Assembly: GCA_051530055.1 (NCBI GenBank)
Contig: CM121341.1
Coordinates: forward strand, 1,674,001 to 1,738,000
DNA: 64,000 nt
Reading direction: 5' to 3'
Origin: Neoechinorhynchus agilis
Lineage: Eukaryota > Animalia > Acanthocephala
Shown here: positions 11,016 through 22,059 of the stretch, piece after piece
Position numbering within the stretch: position 1 is the first letter of the stretch
Layout: each line of letters begins with the position of its first letter
Made by a program: the position numbers and the translations under genes
The notes under the pieces: generated by a model
What the model saw: the letters and a program-made list of their open reading frames with translations, nothing else
What the model was told of the DNA's origin: nothing
Databases searched by the model: none

Positions 11016-12420
11016 TTTAGTATAAAATATCGATGAAGTAACGGCGATCCATCTCAATCTTTAAAATGCAAAACTGCCGCTCAAGTTCAAGTTGGATCAA
11101 ATCAGAGCAACTAAAATTTTGCTTTTAAAACTATTTTAGAATGAAATATCGATGAAGTAACGGCAATCCATTCTTTACGAATGCAAAACTGCCGCTCAAG
11201 TTCAAGTTGGATCAAGACAGAGCAACTAAAATTTTGCTTTTAAAACTATTTTAGAGAAAATATCGATGAAGTAACAACGATCCATCTCCATCTATACGCA
11301 TGCAAAACTGCCGCTCAAGCTCAGTTTGGATTAAATCAAAGCAACTAAAATTTTGCTTTTTAAACTATTTTAGAGAAAATATCGATGAGATAACGGCGAT
11401 TCATTCTTTACGCATGCAAAACTGCCGCTCAAATTCAGTTTGGATTAAATCAAAGCAACTAAAATTTTGCTTTTTAAACTATTTTATTAGTATAAAATAT
11501 CGATGAAGTAACGGCGATCCATTCTTTACGAATGCAAAACTGCGCTCATATTCAGTTTGGATTAAATCAAAGAAACTAAAATTTTGCTCTTTAAACTATT
11601 TTATTAGTATAAAATATCGATGAGATAACGGCGATCCATTCTTTACGCATGCAAAACTGCCGCTCAAGTTCAGTTTGGATTAAATCAAAGCAACTAAAAT
11701 TTTGCTCTTTAAACTATTTTCTTAGTATAAAATATCGATGAAGTAACGGCGATCCATTCTTTACGAATGCAAAACTGCCGCTCAAGTTCAAGTTGGATTA
11801 AATCAAAGCAATTAAAATTTTGCTCTTTTAACTATTTTCTCAGTATAAAATATCGATGAGATAACGGCGATCCATTCTTTACGCATGCAACACTGCCGCT
11901 CAAGTTCAGTTTGGATTAAATCAAAGCAACTAAAATTTTGCTTTTTAAACTATTTTATTAGCATAAAATATCAATGAAGTAACGGCGATCCATTCTTTAC
12001 GAACGAAAAACTGCGCTCAAATTCAGTTTGGATTAAATCAAAGCAACTAAAATTTTGCTCTTTAAACTATTTTATTAGTATAAAATATCGATGAGATAAC
12101 GGCGATCCATTCTTTACGCATGCAAAACTGCCGCTCAAGTTCAGTTCGGATTAAATCAAAGCAACTAAAATTTTGCTTTTTAAACTATTTTAGAGAAAAT
12201 ATCGATGAGATAACGGCGATCCATTCTTTACGAATGAAAAACTGCGCTCAAATTCAGTTTGGATTAAATCAAAGCAACTAAAATTTTGCTTTTTAAACTA
12301 TTTTATTAGTATAAAACATCAATGAAGTAACGGCGATCCATTCTTTACGAATGAAAAACTGCGCTCAAAGTCAGTTTGGATTAAATCAAAGCAACTAAAA
12401 TTTTGCTCTTTAAAACTATT
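11016..12420 (+). repeat. Satellite with about 118-bp unit, about 12 copies
   Basis: Unit TAGTATAAAATATCGATGAAGTAACGGCGATCCATTCTTTACG...AACTATTTT. TATCGATGA recurs at 11498, 11615 and 11733. Confidence 0.95.
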
Positions 12421-13071
12421 CCATCCGTTTTTCTAGGACCGTTTCGTACAAGTGTTCAGAATAAAAATTATTGGACTAAAAATCATATTCGATAATTTGA
12501 ATCCAGCTAATAAGATGTTGAACAGAAGGAACGTTCACCAAGATAATTAAAAACAAGAATGGACTGGCGATTTTGTAAACAGCCACTTGCATAAGAACGA
12601 AATCTATGACCAGAACGTGAAACTTATGATCTTCGAGCAATCGACTAGTAAGAAACCTTCCTGCAACTACCGATGTTCGAAAAGATATTTTTCAGAAATT
12701 TAGCTCTCAACCATCAACCACTGCATCAATCTCACAATGCAACCATAAAAAGTTTCAAGAAAAGCACACCACCCGAATCATTCGGAAAAATTGGGCCAAG
12801 TATCAAAGGAAAGCACGATAACGATTAACGAAAGAACTGTCACCATCAATTCGCAATCAACAAGAAATTAACAAACCTTTCATTCTGGAGGGAAAGAGAA
12901 CGCCAGGTGATTGAAGAGCAGTCAAAAAGTTCGATAAAAACGAAATCTAAACTTAGTTTTGAAGACGGGAGCTGTAAAGAAATTTCAAGAAAGAGGCTGT
13001 CATCTTCCATTCGAGGTAAGGAGAAAACAAAAATTTAGCGAACGGATTCAACACCTCTCCGTCAGAGACTC

Positions 13072-14079
13072 TTGATCACTATGTACTGTGAGCACAAAGT
13101 TATGAATTTTGATTTAGTAAGGAGCATCCTTAATGAAATTCTGATAGGCGAAGTGAGCATCGGTGAAATTCTTCAATTCGGATTGATAGATGTTCTTGGA
13201 GAGATGTTCGACAACAAAGATAATGCTCCACTCAACAAACTCTTAAACCAAGTTGGTATGAAGATCAAGGAGGCTTTTGATCAAAAACGATTTAAAGAAG
13301 GACGAGCGACGAAACCCAAATTAAATAAAACAAAAGAATTAGAACCCGAAATATCAGATACTGATTCTAATGATCGGAATTCTAATGCAATTTCGGACAA
13401 AAGAACAGAATCGCCGAAGAGTATCAATAGCGATAAAAAAGGAGAAATGGGACTTCGTAACGTCGAAAACGTTCACAGTCAACAGATTTCAGAATCCAAA
13501 CAATTGATGCCGCCTTCTCTTTTAACTAAGGAGATTAAATTATTAAAGTTTTTGTTGGATTCTCAATACGCAACGAAAATCTTCGAACTGGTGGACGATG
13601 TCCTTTCCGAGATTTCGGAATTAGCGATGACCGCGGATGAAATCAAAGATTCCGATCTCATAGCCATTCTCCATAACATGGCCAGCAACGAGGAAAACGA
13701 ACCGCTAATCGACATTATCGATGAAATCGGAAAAAAGATCGTGGGAATCTTTAATCGCCAACCTACAGAAATGTCCAATATTTCGACGGAAAATAAATCA
13801 GGATCACGATTGAAAGACAAATCACCGAATGAATCCACTTCAAAAAGAAAATCATCAAAGCCTTCAGTTGAAATGAACTTGAGTACCAAGGAACTCTGTA
13901 ATCGTTTAAAAAGCATCTTGGACGAGAAGTTCACTGTGCGGAACCACGCGATGCCAAAGCGGATACTCAGCGCGATGATTAAACGTGAAATAGCGTTGAG
14001 TGAAATTCGGAACTACAATTTGCATCCTAACTCAAGTTCGTGTGAATCCTTTAAATATTCGGCACAAAAGACTGATTGA
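13072..14079 (+). CDS. 335-aa segment of a multicopy helical-repeat protein (three TFIIS-N-like repeats with S/N/K-rich linkers); flanks 12480-14350 are disrupted
   Basis: Repeats SILNEILIGEVSIGEILQFGLIDVLGEM, DVLSEISELAMTADEIKDSDLIAILHNM and RILSAMIKREIALSEIRNYNL. A paralog lies at about 40075-41530. Confidence 0.5.
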   Translation: MITMYCEHKVMNFDLVRSILNEILIGEVSIGEILQFGLIDVLGEMFDNKDNAPLNKLLNQVGMKIKEAFDQKRFKEGRATKPKLNKTKELEPEISDTDSNDRNSNAISDKRTESPKSINSDKKGEMGLRNVENVHSQQISESKQLMPPSLLTKEIKLLKFLLDSQYATKIFELVDDVLSEISELAMTADEIKDSDLIAILHNMASNEENEPLIDIIDEIGKKIVGIFNRQPTEMSNISTENKSGSRLKDKSPNESTSKRKSSKPSVEMNLSTKELCNRLKSILDEKFTVRNHAMPKRILSAMIKREIALSEIRNYNLHPNSSSCESFKYSAQKTD

Positions 14080-14356
14080 AAAATTGTTGAAGAAAATAAA
14101 TGGCGGCTGATATTAATGAAAAAATTTAAATCTCGAAAACGAATAGTGGTCCTGAGAAATAAATCTGAAGGAAAAATGTTGGCGACGGAAACAACGGAGC
14201 AGCAGAAAACGAGAGCAGAATTCATGAGAAAATCTGAAGGAAAGACAAATATCAGATCTAACGAGGATAAAAACGAAGCTAAGACGGGCATTTCTGATTT
14301 CACTTCCGAAGGTTCAACCGGTTTCGAAACCGATTATTCGAACATCAATTTCGGAA

Positions 14357-14881
14357 TTAGCGATGACCGCGGATTAAATCAAAGATTCCGATCTCATAGC
14401 CATTCTCCATAACATGGCCAGCAACGAGGAAAACGAACCGCTAATCGACATTATAAAGATCGTGGGAATCTTTAACCACCAACCTACAGAAATGTCCAAT
14501 ATTTCGACGGAAAATAAATCAGGATCACAATTGAAAGACAAATCACCGAATGAATCCACTTCGAAAGAATTAAGTAGGTCTCACGTTTTTATACCCTTTG
14601 GAGTTGAGACTCTTGGTGCGCTCGGTAGCTCGGCACTTAGACTTACGAAGGAGTTATCGTGTAGACTCCAGGCCAAGAGAAGAAATACAAGAACTGGTGC
14701 CTTCCTGCGCCAAAACATTGGTCTCGCGATCCAAAGAGTAAACGCAGCGAGTGTGGTCGCGACCACTGAGGGAGAGCGATGTCTCTTCTTCGTAGACGGT
14801 GGTGATTGTTTAAACGTTTTGTTGTTTCGGTGGGAGGGGAATTTCTCTGGATGTGAAGGGGAGGGAGATGTAGGGTTATGA
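14357..14881 (+). other. Chimera: local duplicate of about 13620-13845 joined in frame to the C-terminal segment of a CRE endonuclease
   Basis: ORF 14414-14881 switches from ENKSGSQLKDKSPNESTSK to ELSRSHVFIPFGVETLGALG...FLRQNIGLAIQRVNAASVVAT, which is homologous to the end of ORF 2199-2879. Confidence 0.75.
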
Positions 14882-16700
14882 ATGGGTGATATCGTCGGCA
14901 TGTAAGAAAAATTCAAAGTGAGAGGAGAGAGGAATGAGGTTGTTTAGGAAAATATTAAAAAGAAGTGGTGACAGCATAGCACCTTGATGTAGGCCTTTGG
15001 TGAGAAATTTGATGATTGAGGAAGTAGATCGGCAGTGAATGTATTGTTTGCGATTGTGAAGATAAGAGGCGAGCCAGCTTATCTGCGTTAAGTTCAGACA
15101 TAAATCGGAGCACTCCCCGAGGAGTGAATGGTCCACTGAGTCGAAAGCTTTCGATAAATCAAGTTGAATGAGACGGTGACGTGGGAGGAATAATTGTTGA
15201 AGTTACATAGAAGCGTATTATAAATGCAAAATAGGACATCGTTTGTAGAAAATTTTGGCCGGAAGCCGAATTTCAGGGGCGATAACTTTTGATTGAAAAG
15301 TGAAAGAAGGTGAGATTTATACATTTTCGATGATTTTTGAAAGAGCGGGTAGAATGGATATTGGATGGGATGATTCGGTGGAAATCGGATGCCCTTTTTT
15401 GGAACGAGTATAACTTTGGCAGTTTTCAGGCAAGAGGGGTAGATGCAATATAAAAAGCAAGTTCGGGGATAATGTAACGAAGAGCCAAGTTTGGGATTTC
15501 GGATTGAGAGGACGAATTTTTAGGTAATTTCACTAGATACTTTAGTACTTCGTATGACAAGACTGAGGGGAATATAGGCAGGTTGACAAAAGTTTGAGGT
15601 GTGGGCGTGAAAGATTGTGTCGAGATTTCTGTTGAGCAGATATTGTAAATTGAACCAAGGCAGAGGTTCTAAATAATGGAATCTAGAACCTATTTTAATT
15701 CAGTGGGGGACATATTAGAGAAGGGATCCGGGTGGCGTAGACCAAGGCAGTCCTTGACGGCCCGCCACTATGTTGAGCTGCCACCTGATCGAATTTTAAA
15801 GGAAGTTTTTGCGGGCGATAAGTGCTTTTCGTAAACGGGGAGAGTCTGGGGGGGTTACTGCTATAGGCCTTAAAAGTTTGCCTTTGTAGAAGTTTCAAAA
15901 TGGGAGTTATCCATGGAGGGTCGCGGTTGGATATCCTTATGAATTTCTTAGGAATTGCCGATGCTAGGGAATTTTCTATGATTGGGGTTAGGGAGGACAT
16001 GGCCAAGAAAGGGTCATTTGTGTAGTCAGAGTGGGATTTGCGGATGTTAGAGCTGAATAATTTTATAAAATTTTGGATGTGATGATCACGTTGATTCCAG
16101 ACTGGAAAACGGAGAGATTTAGTACGCTGAGGTGGGGTGGAGGGAGTGATAAGGGCAGAAGAGTGGTCAGAGTTCGTGGGGGAGGGAGTTTAGAAACGGA
16201 TGAATAGGCGTCGATATTGATGAACACTTTGTCAAGGTGAGCGTCAAGACGAATCAGGAAGTCAATATGTTGAAGCAACTCGGAGAAGGGTAGAAGAGGA
16301 AATAGGTTATTGAAGTCCCCTGCAATTAAGAAATGGTGCGAATTTGTGGAGTTTATGAGCTCCATCATAGAGTCAATTTGGAGCAAGGTGGACTCAAGTC
16401 GGAAGGCCGGAGGGCGATAGACGCCAGCAATGGTGAATTCTCTAAGGAAATCGACTGCGATGAATTTTAAGTTGGGCTCTTGAAGCGAGCCTGTGAGAGA
16501 TAAAGAATAAGGTAGCGATTGCTGTAAGTAAATTGAGACCATCATCCTGGGCGGTCATCGCGGTATGTATGGAAGGAAGAGTACCCGGGGAGGATGGCTG
16601 AATCGCTGTTGAAGGGGGTAAGCCAATTTTCTGTTAAGATTATCACGTCGGCTTTTGAGGTAGATCAAATGAGTGAAATTTCATCTAGTTTAGAAAGGAG
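14870..16700 (-). mobile_element. Degenerate L2/CR1-like non-LTR retrotransposon (APE plus RT)
   Basis: APE motifs AGVYRPP, IAGDFN and LDKVF (16063-16545), and RDPPWITP. RT motifs FGFRPKFST, KGLHQGAMLSPLLFNIF and LHADD. Many stops and frameshifts. Confidence 0.85.
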
Positions 16701-17454
16701 GCTTCGAGTATTAGAGTAGAAAACGGCGGGGGAGGGAATTTTGGATTTCGTGTAAAAAATCGGGGGCGGAGGTGAGGAAGATTGGGTTTGCATTGTCCGT
16801 TGCGGGTGGTGGGTTAAGGGAGGAATCGTTACGGGATGCCGGCAAAGAACTATAACTGGGAAGTCACTTATTCTTCGATTTTTTTGAGATGGGGGAGATG
16901 TTCGTGGGTTTTTGCTAAGAGTGACGGGGTTACATTGGGAAGATGGGTTCTGGGTTGAGTTTGGAGGGCATGAGGAAAGATTTTGTGGAGTCTCTCAAAT
17001 CGGTATTGAATTTTTTAGTAGACTGGTCGTTAACTTATATTTTAGTATTCAAGTTCATACCACTGGTGGATGTGGCAATGACTCCTTCCGCATGCCCGGC
17101 GTGCAACCGTAAGAGGTTTGTGTCGCCGAACAGAAGGAAGGACAACACATATTTGACCATTGTAGATAACAATAATAAAATAATCCATCTTGACTAGGTG
17201 TCGTCCCTAAAAGAAGAGGTTGGCGAGGTAATACAATGAAACGTTTTTTATAAAAGCTCCATTCTGAAAGGAATGGGTATTCTTTTTTGTAGTTGCCGAA
17301 AAAAGGAAAGTTAGGCAAGACTAAGTTATGATGGTAAAAAAATGAAAAGCGGATTTGCCGTTACTGTTAAAATCTCCACAAACTATGTCTGGTTCCCAAA
17401 TTTAAAAGGCATGTAAGTTATTTTTGATAAAATAAGAAACTTTTCTGGGAGTTA

Positions 17455-20200
17455 CATAGAAAGCCGAGTTTGAAACCGACGAAGCGATTGAAGGCGTTTT
17501 GAAGGATCCGAAATCGATTGTCTGGGCAAGTGCAAAGTGAGAATCGAAGCAAGAAGGATAAAGAAGAATACAGTGGTGCACGTGGTAAAAGGAACGAAGG
17601 GGTGTTTATGGGAGATTGACTGGATAAAGCTGTTTGATATGGAGTAACCCCCTCCAGTGATCGTCAGGGGAATAAAGACCGTACAGGAGTCAGTGGATGA
17701 GATGCTAAAACAGTTTAAAGTACTTTTCGAGGAGAAGTGCACCCCCATCAGGAACTTCAGAGTAACGCTGCCGATTGCAGACGGTGCTCAGCCCACGTGG
17801 ATACCAGCGAGGAGAGTGCCGGGGGCATTACAGGATGCGGTAGTTAAAGAAATGTAACGATTGACGAACAAGGGGGTATTGGAACGAGTGGAGACAGGCG
17901 ACACAAATTTAGAATGGGGAACCCCTACGGTCATCACGAAGAAAAGTAATGGACAAATACAAATCTGTGCGGATTTCAGAATCACAGTCAATAAAGCTTT
18001 AAGGCAGGACAGCTATCATATGCCAACTTTCGACGACATGCTACAGAGATTGCGGAATGGCAAGAAGTACTCTACTATTGATTTATCGGATGCTTACTTG
18101 TAGTTAGAGGTGGCAGACGACCATAGGAAACTCCTGAATATATCGACTCCATGGGGATTGTTCCGGTACCGGAGGATGCCGATATCCCAAGTACCGGAGC
18201 TTATCTCGACGATATAATCATCTCCGGAAAGAATGACGCAGAAAATCTGCAAAATTTAAAGGCGGTGCTCGAGCGACTTGAGGAGGCAGGGATAGGCATC
18301 AAGAGAGATAAATGTAGATTTATGGAAGCACAGGTGCGATATTTGGGGCACAGCTTAGAAGACGGGAAAATAAAACCGCAAGGAGAAAAGGTGACTGCGA
18401 TAACGTCGGCGCGATACCCACGAAATAAAAAAGAGCTTAAGTCGTTCATCGGTATGGTCAACTATCTAGAACGCTTCATTACCGAATTGCAATCCCACTG
18501 CTGGGGAAGTGCATGAGTTACTGAAACAAGGAGTTCGGTGGAAATGGGGAAAGGATGAGAAGGACATCTTCGTTGGAGTAAAGCGAGCGGTCCAAAATCA
18601 CAAGGTCTTAGTACCTTTCGATATCAAAAGAACGACTGTGCTGACATGCGACGCAAGCGAAGAAGGAATTGGTGCGGGATTATTCCATAAGAAGGAAGAT
18701 GGGAGCAAAGAACCGATCATGTTTGTATCCCGGGCACTTACCTCAGCGGAAAAGAAATACGCGACTATAGAAAAGGAAGCTTTAGCAATCGTCAGCTCGA
18801 TCAAGAGGTTCCACCAATTCTTATATGGACATCGATTCATCTTAGAGACCGATCACAAACCCCTGAAGCATATTTTTGGAATGCGGAGAGATTTGTCCAA
18901 GATGACGAATAATCGACTTATACGCTGGGGCCTATCTTGAATCAATACGACTTTGTGATCGGATATGTTCAAGGGGCCGAGAACAAATGTGCTGATTTTT
19001 TGTCGAGATTTCCGGTAGACCCTCCAAAGCAGAAATACTCAGAGGAGGAGACAATAACGCTACGAATGGTGCAAGAGGAGAAGGTGGAGGCTTGCGGTTT
19101 GACGAAGTCAAGATTGAAAGCGGAATCGATTAAAGATCGTCAACTGGCAAGGATTGGATGATATTTGCAGCTCGGATGGCCGAAAACGATGCTCGATACG
19201 GACAGGCAGTTCGCTGCCCGAGCAGATGAGTTATCCTGCGAAACGGCATTGTCATGCACTTACAAAGAATTGTCATCCCATTTTCTCTGAGAAAGGAAGT
19301 GTTAGATATGTTACATCGTGGTCATCCAGGAATTGAAGGCACAAATGCTCTATGCCGATATTACGCATGGTGTCCCGGTATAGAGGATGACATACGGCGG
19401 AAGGTAGAAGGTTGCGAAAGGTGCCAAATAGCCCGACCAAATATTCAACAACTGCCGCTTATACCTTGGGACTATCCGGCGGAAGTGTGGGAGCGCGTGC
19501 ACATCGATTTGGCGGGACCGACAAACTCCAAGATGTATTTGGCGATCGTAGATGCAAGGAGTAAGTGGCCCGAGGTTTGGTTCTTCAATACATGCAAAAT
19601 AACATCCGAAATGGTGATCGATCGGATGAGGGAAACATATGCTCGATTCGGGACTCCAAAGAAAATTGTGAGCGATAACGGGCCTCAATTTATGTCACAA
19701 CAGTTCAAGGCGTTTTGCGAAGAAAATAGGATCGAGATCATAAAGGCGAGTCCTTACCACCCACAAACGAATGGGTTGGTAGAACGATTTATAGGAACCC
19801 TTAAACGACGCGGAATGGCAGGGGAAGGAATGGATACTCGAAGGGCACTTACGGAATTTCTACAAACATACAGAAACACTCCTCATGCAACCACAGGAAA
19901 AGCTCCAGCAGAAATGATGTTAGGGAGGAGGATGAATACAGTGTTCGACAATATCAGACCAAATACAGAGGAAACAGTGCGAGACAGGACAGCGCGAAGA
20001 CAGAGACCGGATGGGCGTTATTGCGAGTTTGGGGAAGGCAATGAAGTGTGGTGGAAAAAAAGGAAGAGCTGGGGAATGGCAAAAGGAAGTCGTGGAGCAA
20101 CGATCAGGACCGGTGTCCTATCGAATCGTGGATAAAAACGGAACGCAAAATAGGGCGCACGGGGATTTCGTGAGGAAAAGAAGGCTACGAAGAATGTGAA
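17455..20200 (+). mobile_element. Degenerate Ty3/Gypsy pol (protease end, RT, RNase H, integrase)
   Basis: ICADFRITVN, AYLDDIIISG, TCDASEEGIGAGL, LETDHKPL, HRGHPG, WERVHIDLAGP, SDNGPQF and SPYHPQTNGLVERF. Confidence 0.92.
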
Positions 20201-21630
20201 CAAGAAAAGGATAATGTGAGCATAAAGGTTGAAGAGGAAGAACTTCAAAAGAAGGTAGAACGTTCCCTTCGATTTCCATTTGCTCAACTTTTCGAATAAA
20301 TCCATTCGGCTCTTCACCTTTCACCATATCGCTCCATTTGATTCTCCGTTTCGTGATAGCTTCCTTCACATCCTCCACCTTCGCTGAGCCCCAGACCGCA
20401 TTATTTGGGATCATTTCTTGCCTGGTCACCCCACACATCCACCTCATCATGTTTATTTCATCCCCGGCCTGCATTCGCTTGATCTGATTGGCAGTGGTGT
20501 TCCATGTCTCCGTCCCATATAACATGGCTGGTCTGATTGCTATCTTGAAGAATCTACCTTTCAACACCACAGGCACTTTGCTATCACACAAGATCCCAGT
20601 CAGACTTTTCCACTTCATCAATGCGCTATTTGTTGTCAATGAAATCACGGCGGAGATATCGCTTTGCATCGACACTATAGAGCCGAGGTACTTGAATTTG
20701 TCGAATTTCTGCAGCTGTGTCTCTTGAAAGAAAATGCTTTTCGTTAATCCAGAGCTTCCCTCCATTTCTCTAGGTCATTGTTGAGATCCTCTGAATTATA
20801 GCTGGAGGGGACGATGTCGTCGGCGAAAAGCATGTTTCATGGCGGACCTTTACTGATCGTTTTGCTGATTTCATCCACAGTGACTGCAACCAAATAAGGG
20901 TTCAAAGCCGAACCTTGATGCAATCGTACGTTCACCGAGAAGCTATTCGTATCACCAACTGGCGTCCTTAAATTTACTTTGCTCCGCCTGTACATGCCCT
21001 GAATCGCTTTCATATAAGTCTTTTAGGGCAGAGTTCTCCTCTAAGACAGTTCCATACCAGTTTTCGTGGGACAGAGTCATAGGTATTTTCGAGATCGATG
21101 AACACGCATGTATTGCCCTTCGTTTTTCAAGGCATTTCTCATATAACTGGCGTAACTCAAATACAGCCTCGGTACTACTTCTGCGGGGCATAAATCCTCT
21201 CCGCTCCTCTGATATGGACCTTTCGCTCCGCAGACGTTGATCGATTATAATTTCGTATAGCCTCGTTGTGTGGCTCAACAATTTGATTCCTCGATAGCTT
21301 GAACAAGCTCTAGCATCTCCTCTCTGTTTGTGTATCGGTGACAGTGTACCCTGCCCCTATTCCTCTGGCATCTTTTCAGTGATCCAATTCTCAGTTTTCG
21401 TTCGCGTTAAGGTCTTTGTCCATTCGAAAATTTATTCACAGAGATAGGACGAGTTCTCTGCGCGTCGCATACAGGGTACGCCCTAATCCTTGTTTGTGTG
21501 TTCGTTATACTGCTCATTTTTGGTTTTATTGGTGCACGGTTTTTTGCGGTTGGATGCCCTTCCTGACATCAACACTCCCCATTTATCCGGGCTTGGGACC
21601 GGCACTTAATTTACCTCGAGATCGGAATCA
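20200..21630 (-). mobile_element. RTE-clade non-LTR retrotransposon with internal deletion of the APE domain
   Basis: ORF start (KLRIGSL) is joined to KMPEE*...RGDARACSSYRGIKLLSHT. Further motifs are GFMPRRSST, LHQGSALNPYL, FKYLGS and IRPAMLYGTETW. A twister-like motif sits at the 5' end. Confidence 0.88.
21560..21630 (-). ncRNA. Twister ribozyme remnant at the RTE 5' end
   Basis: The minus strand carries GCCGGTCCCAAGCCCGGATAAA (21603-21582), the conserved P4/L4 segment of twister ribozymes. The cleavage-site strand is decayed (TGATTCCGAT instead of TAACTCCGCC-like). Confidence 0.7.
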
Positions 21631-22059
21631 ATTTAATACTAATGTTCATTTTATTAAGATCCAATCCCCCGGCTATACATTTTCCATTGAGAAATATTCT
21701 CTTAATTGTTCGGTTGCCATCTCAAATACTTGTTATGTAATCATTTATTTCTCTACGGTTTTCGATTTGATCAAATTCACAGATTTTTTAATCTTCGATT
21801 TGATATCGATTTAATTTGCTCTTAGCGACACCCGAAAACATGTCAAGCTCTTACTCAACATTACAACATTGTAACTTCCCCGTGAGAGTAAAACTAGGCA
21901 TACGATCGCTCACGAATTCTAGAAAATGCCCATAGATTTGTCGCTTTTGGCCCGAATTGGTAAAGACAGTTTCATGAGGCGTTGAAATTTCGTTTGAATT
22001 AAAAGTACCCTGTGGCATCATCATTATTTAATGACGTTGCCATCACAATTTATTGAATA

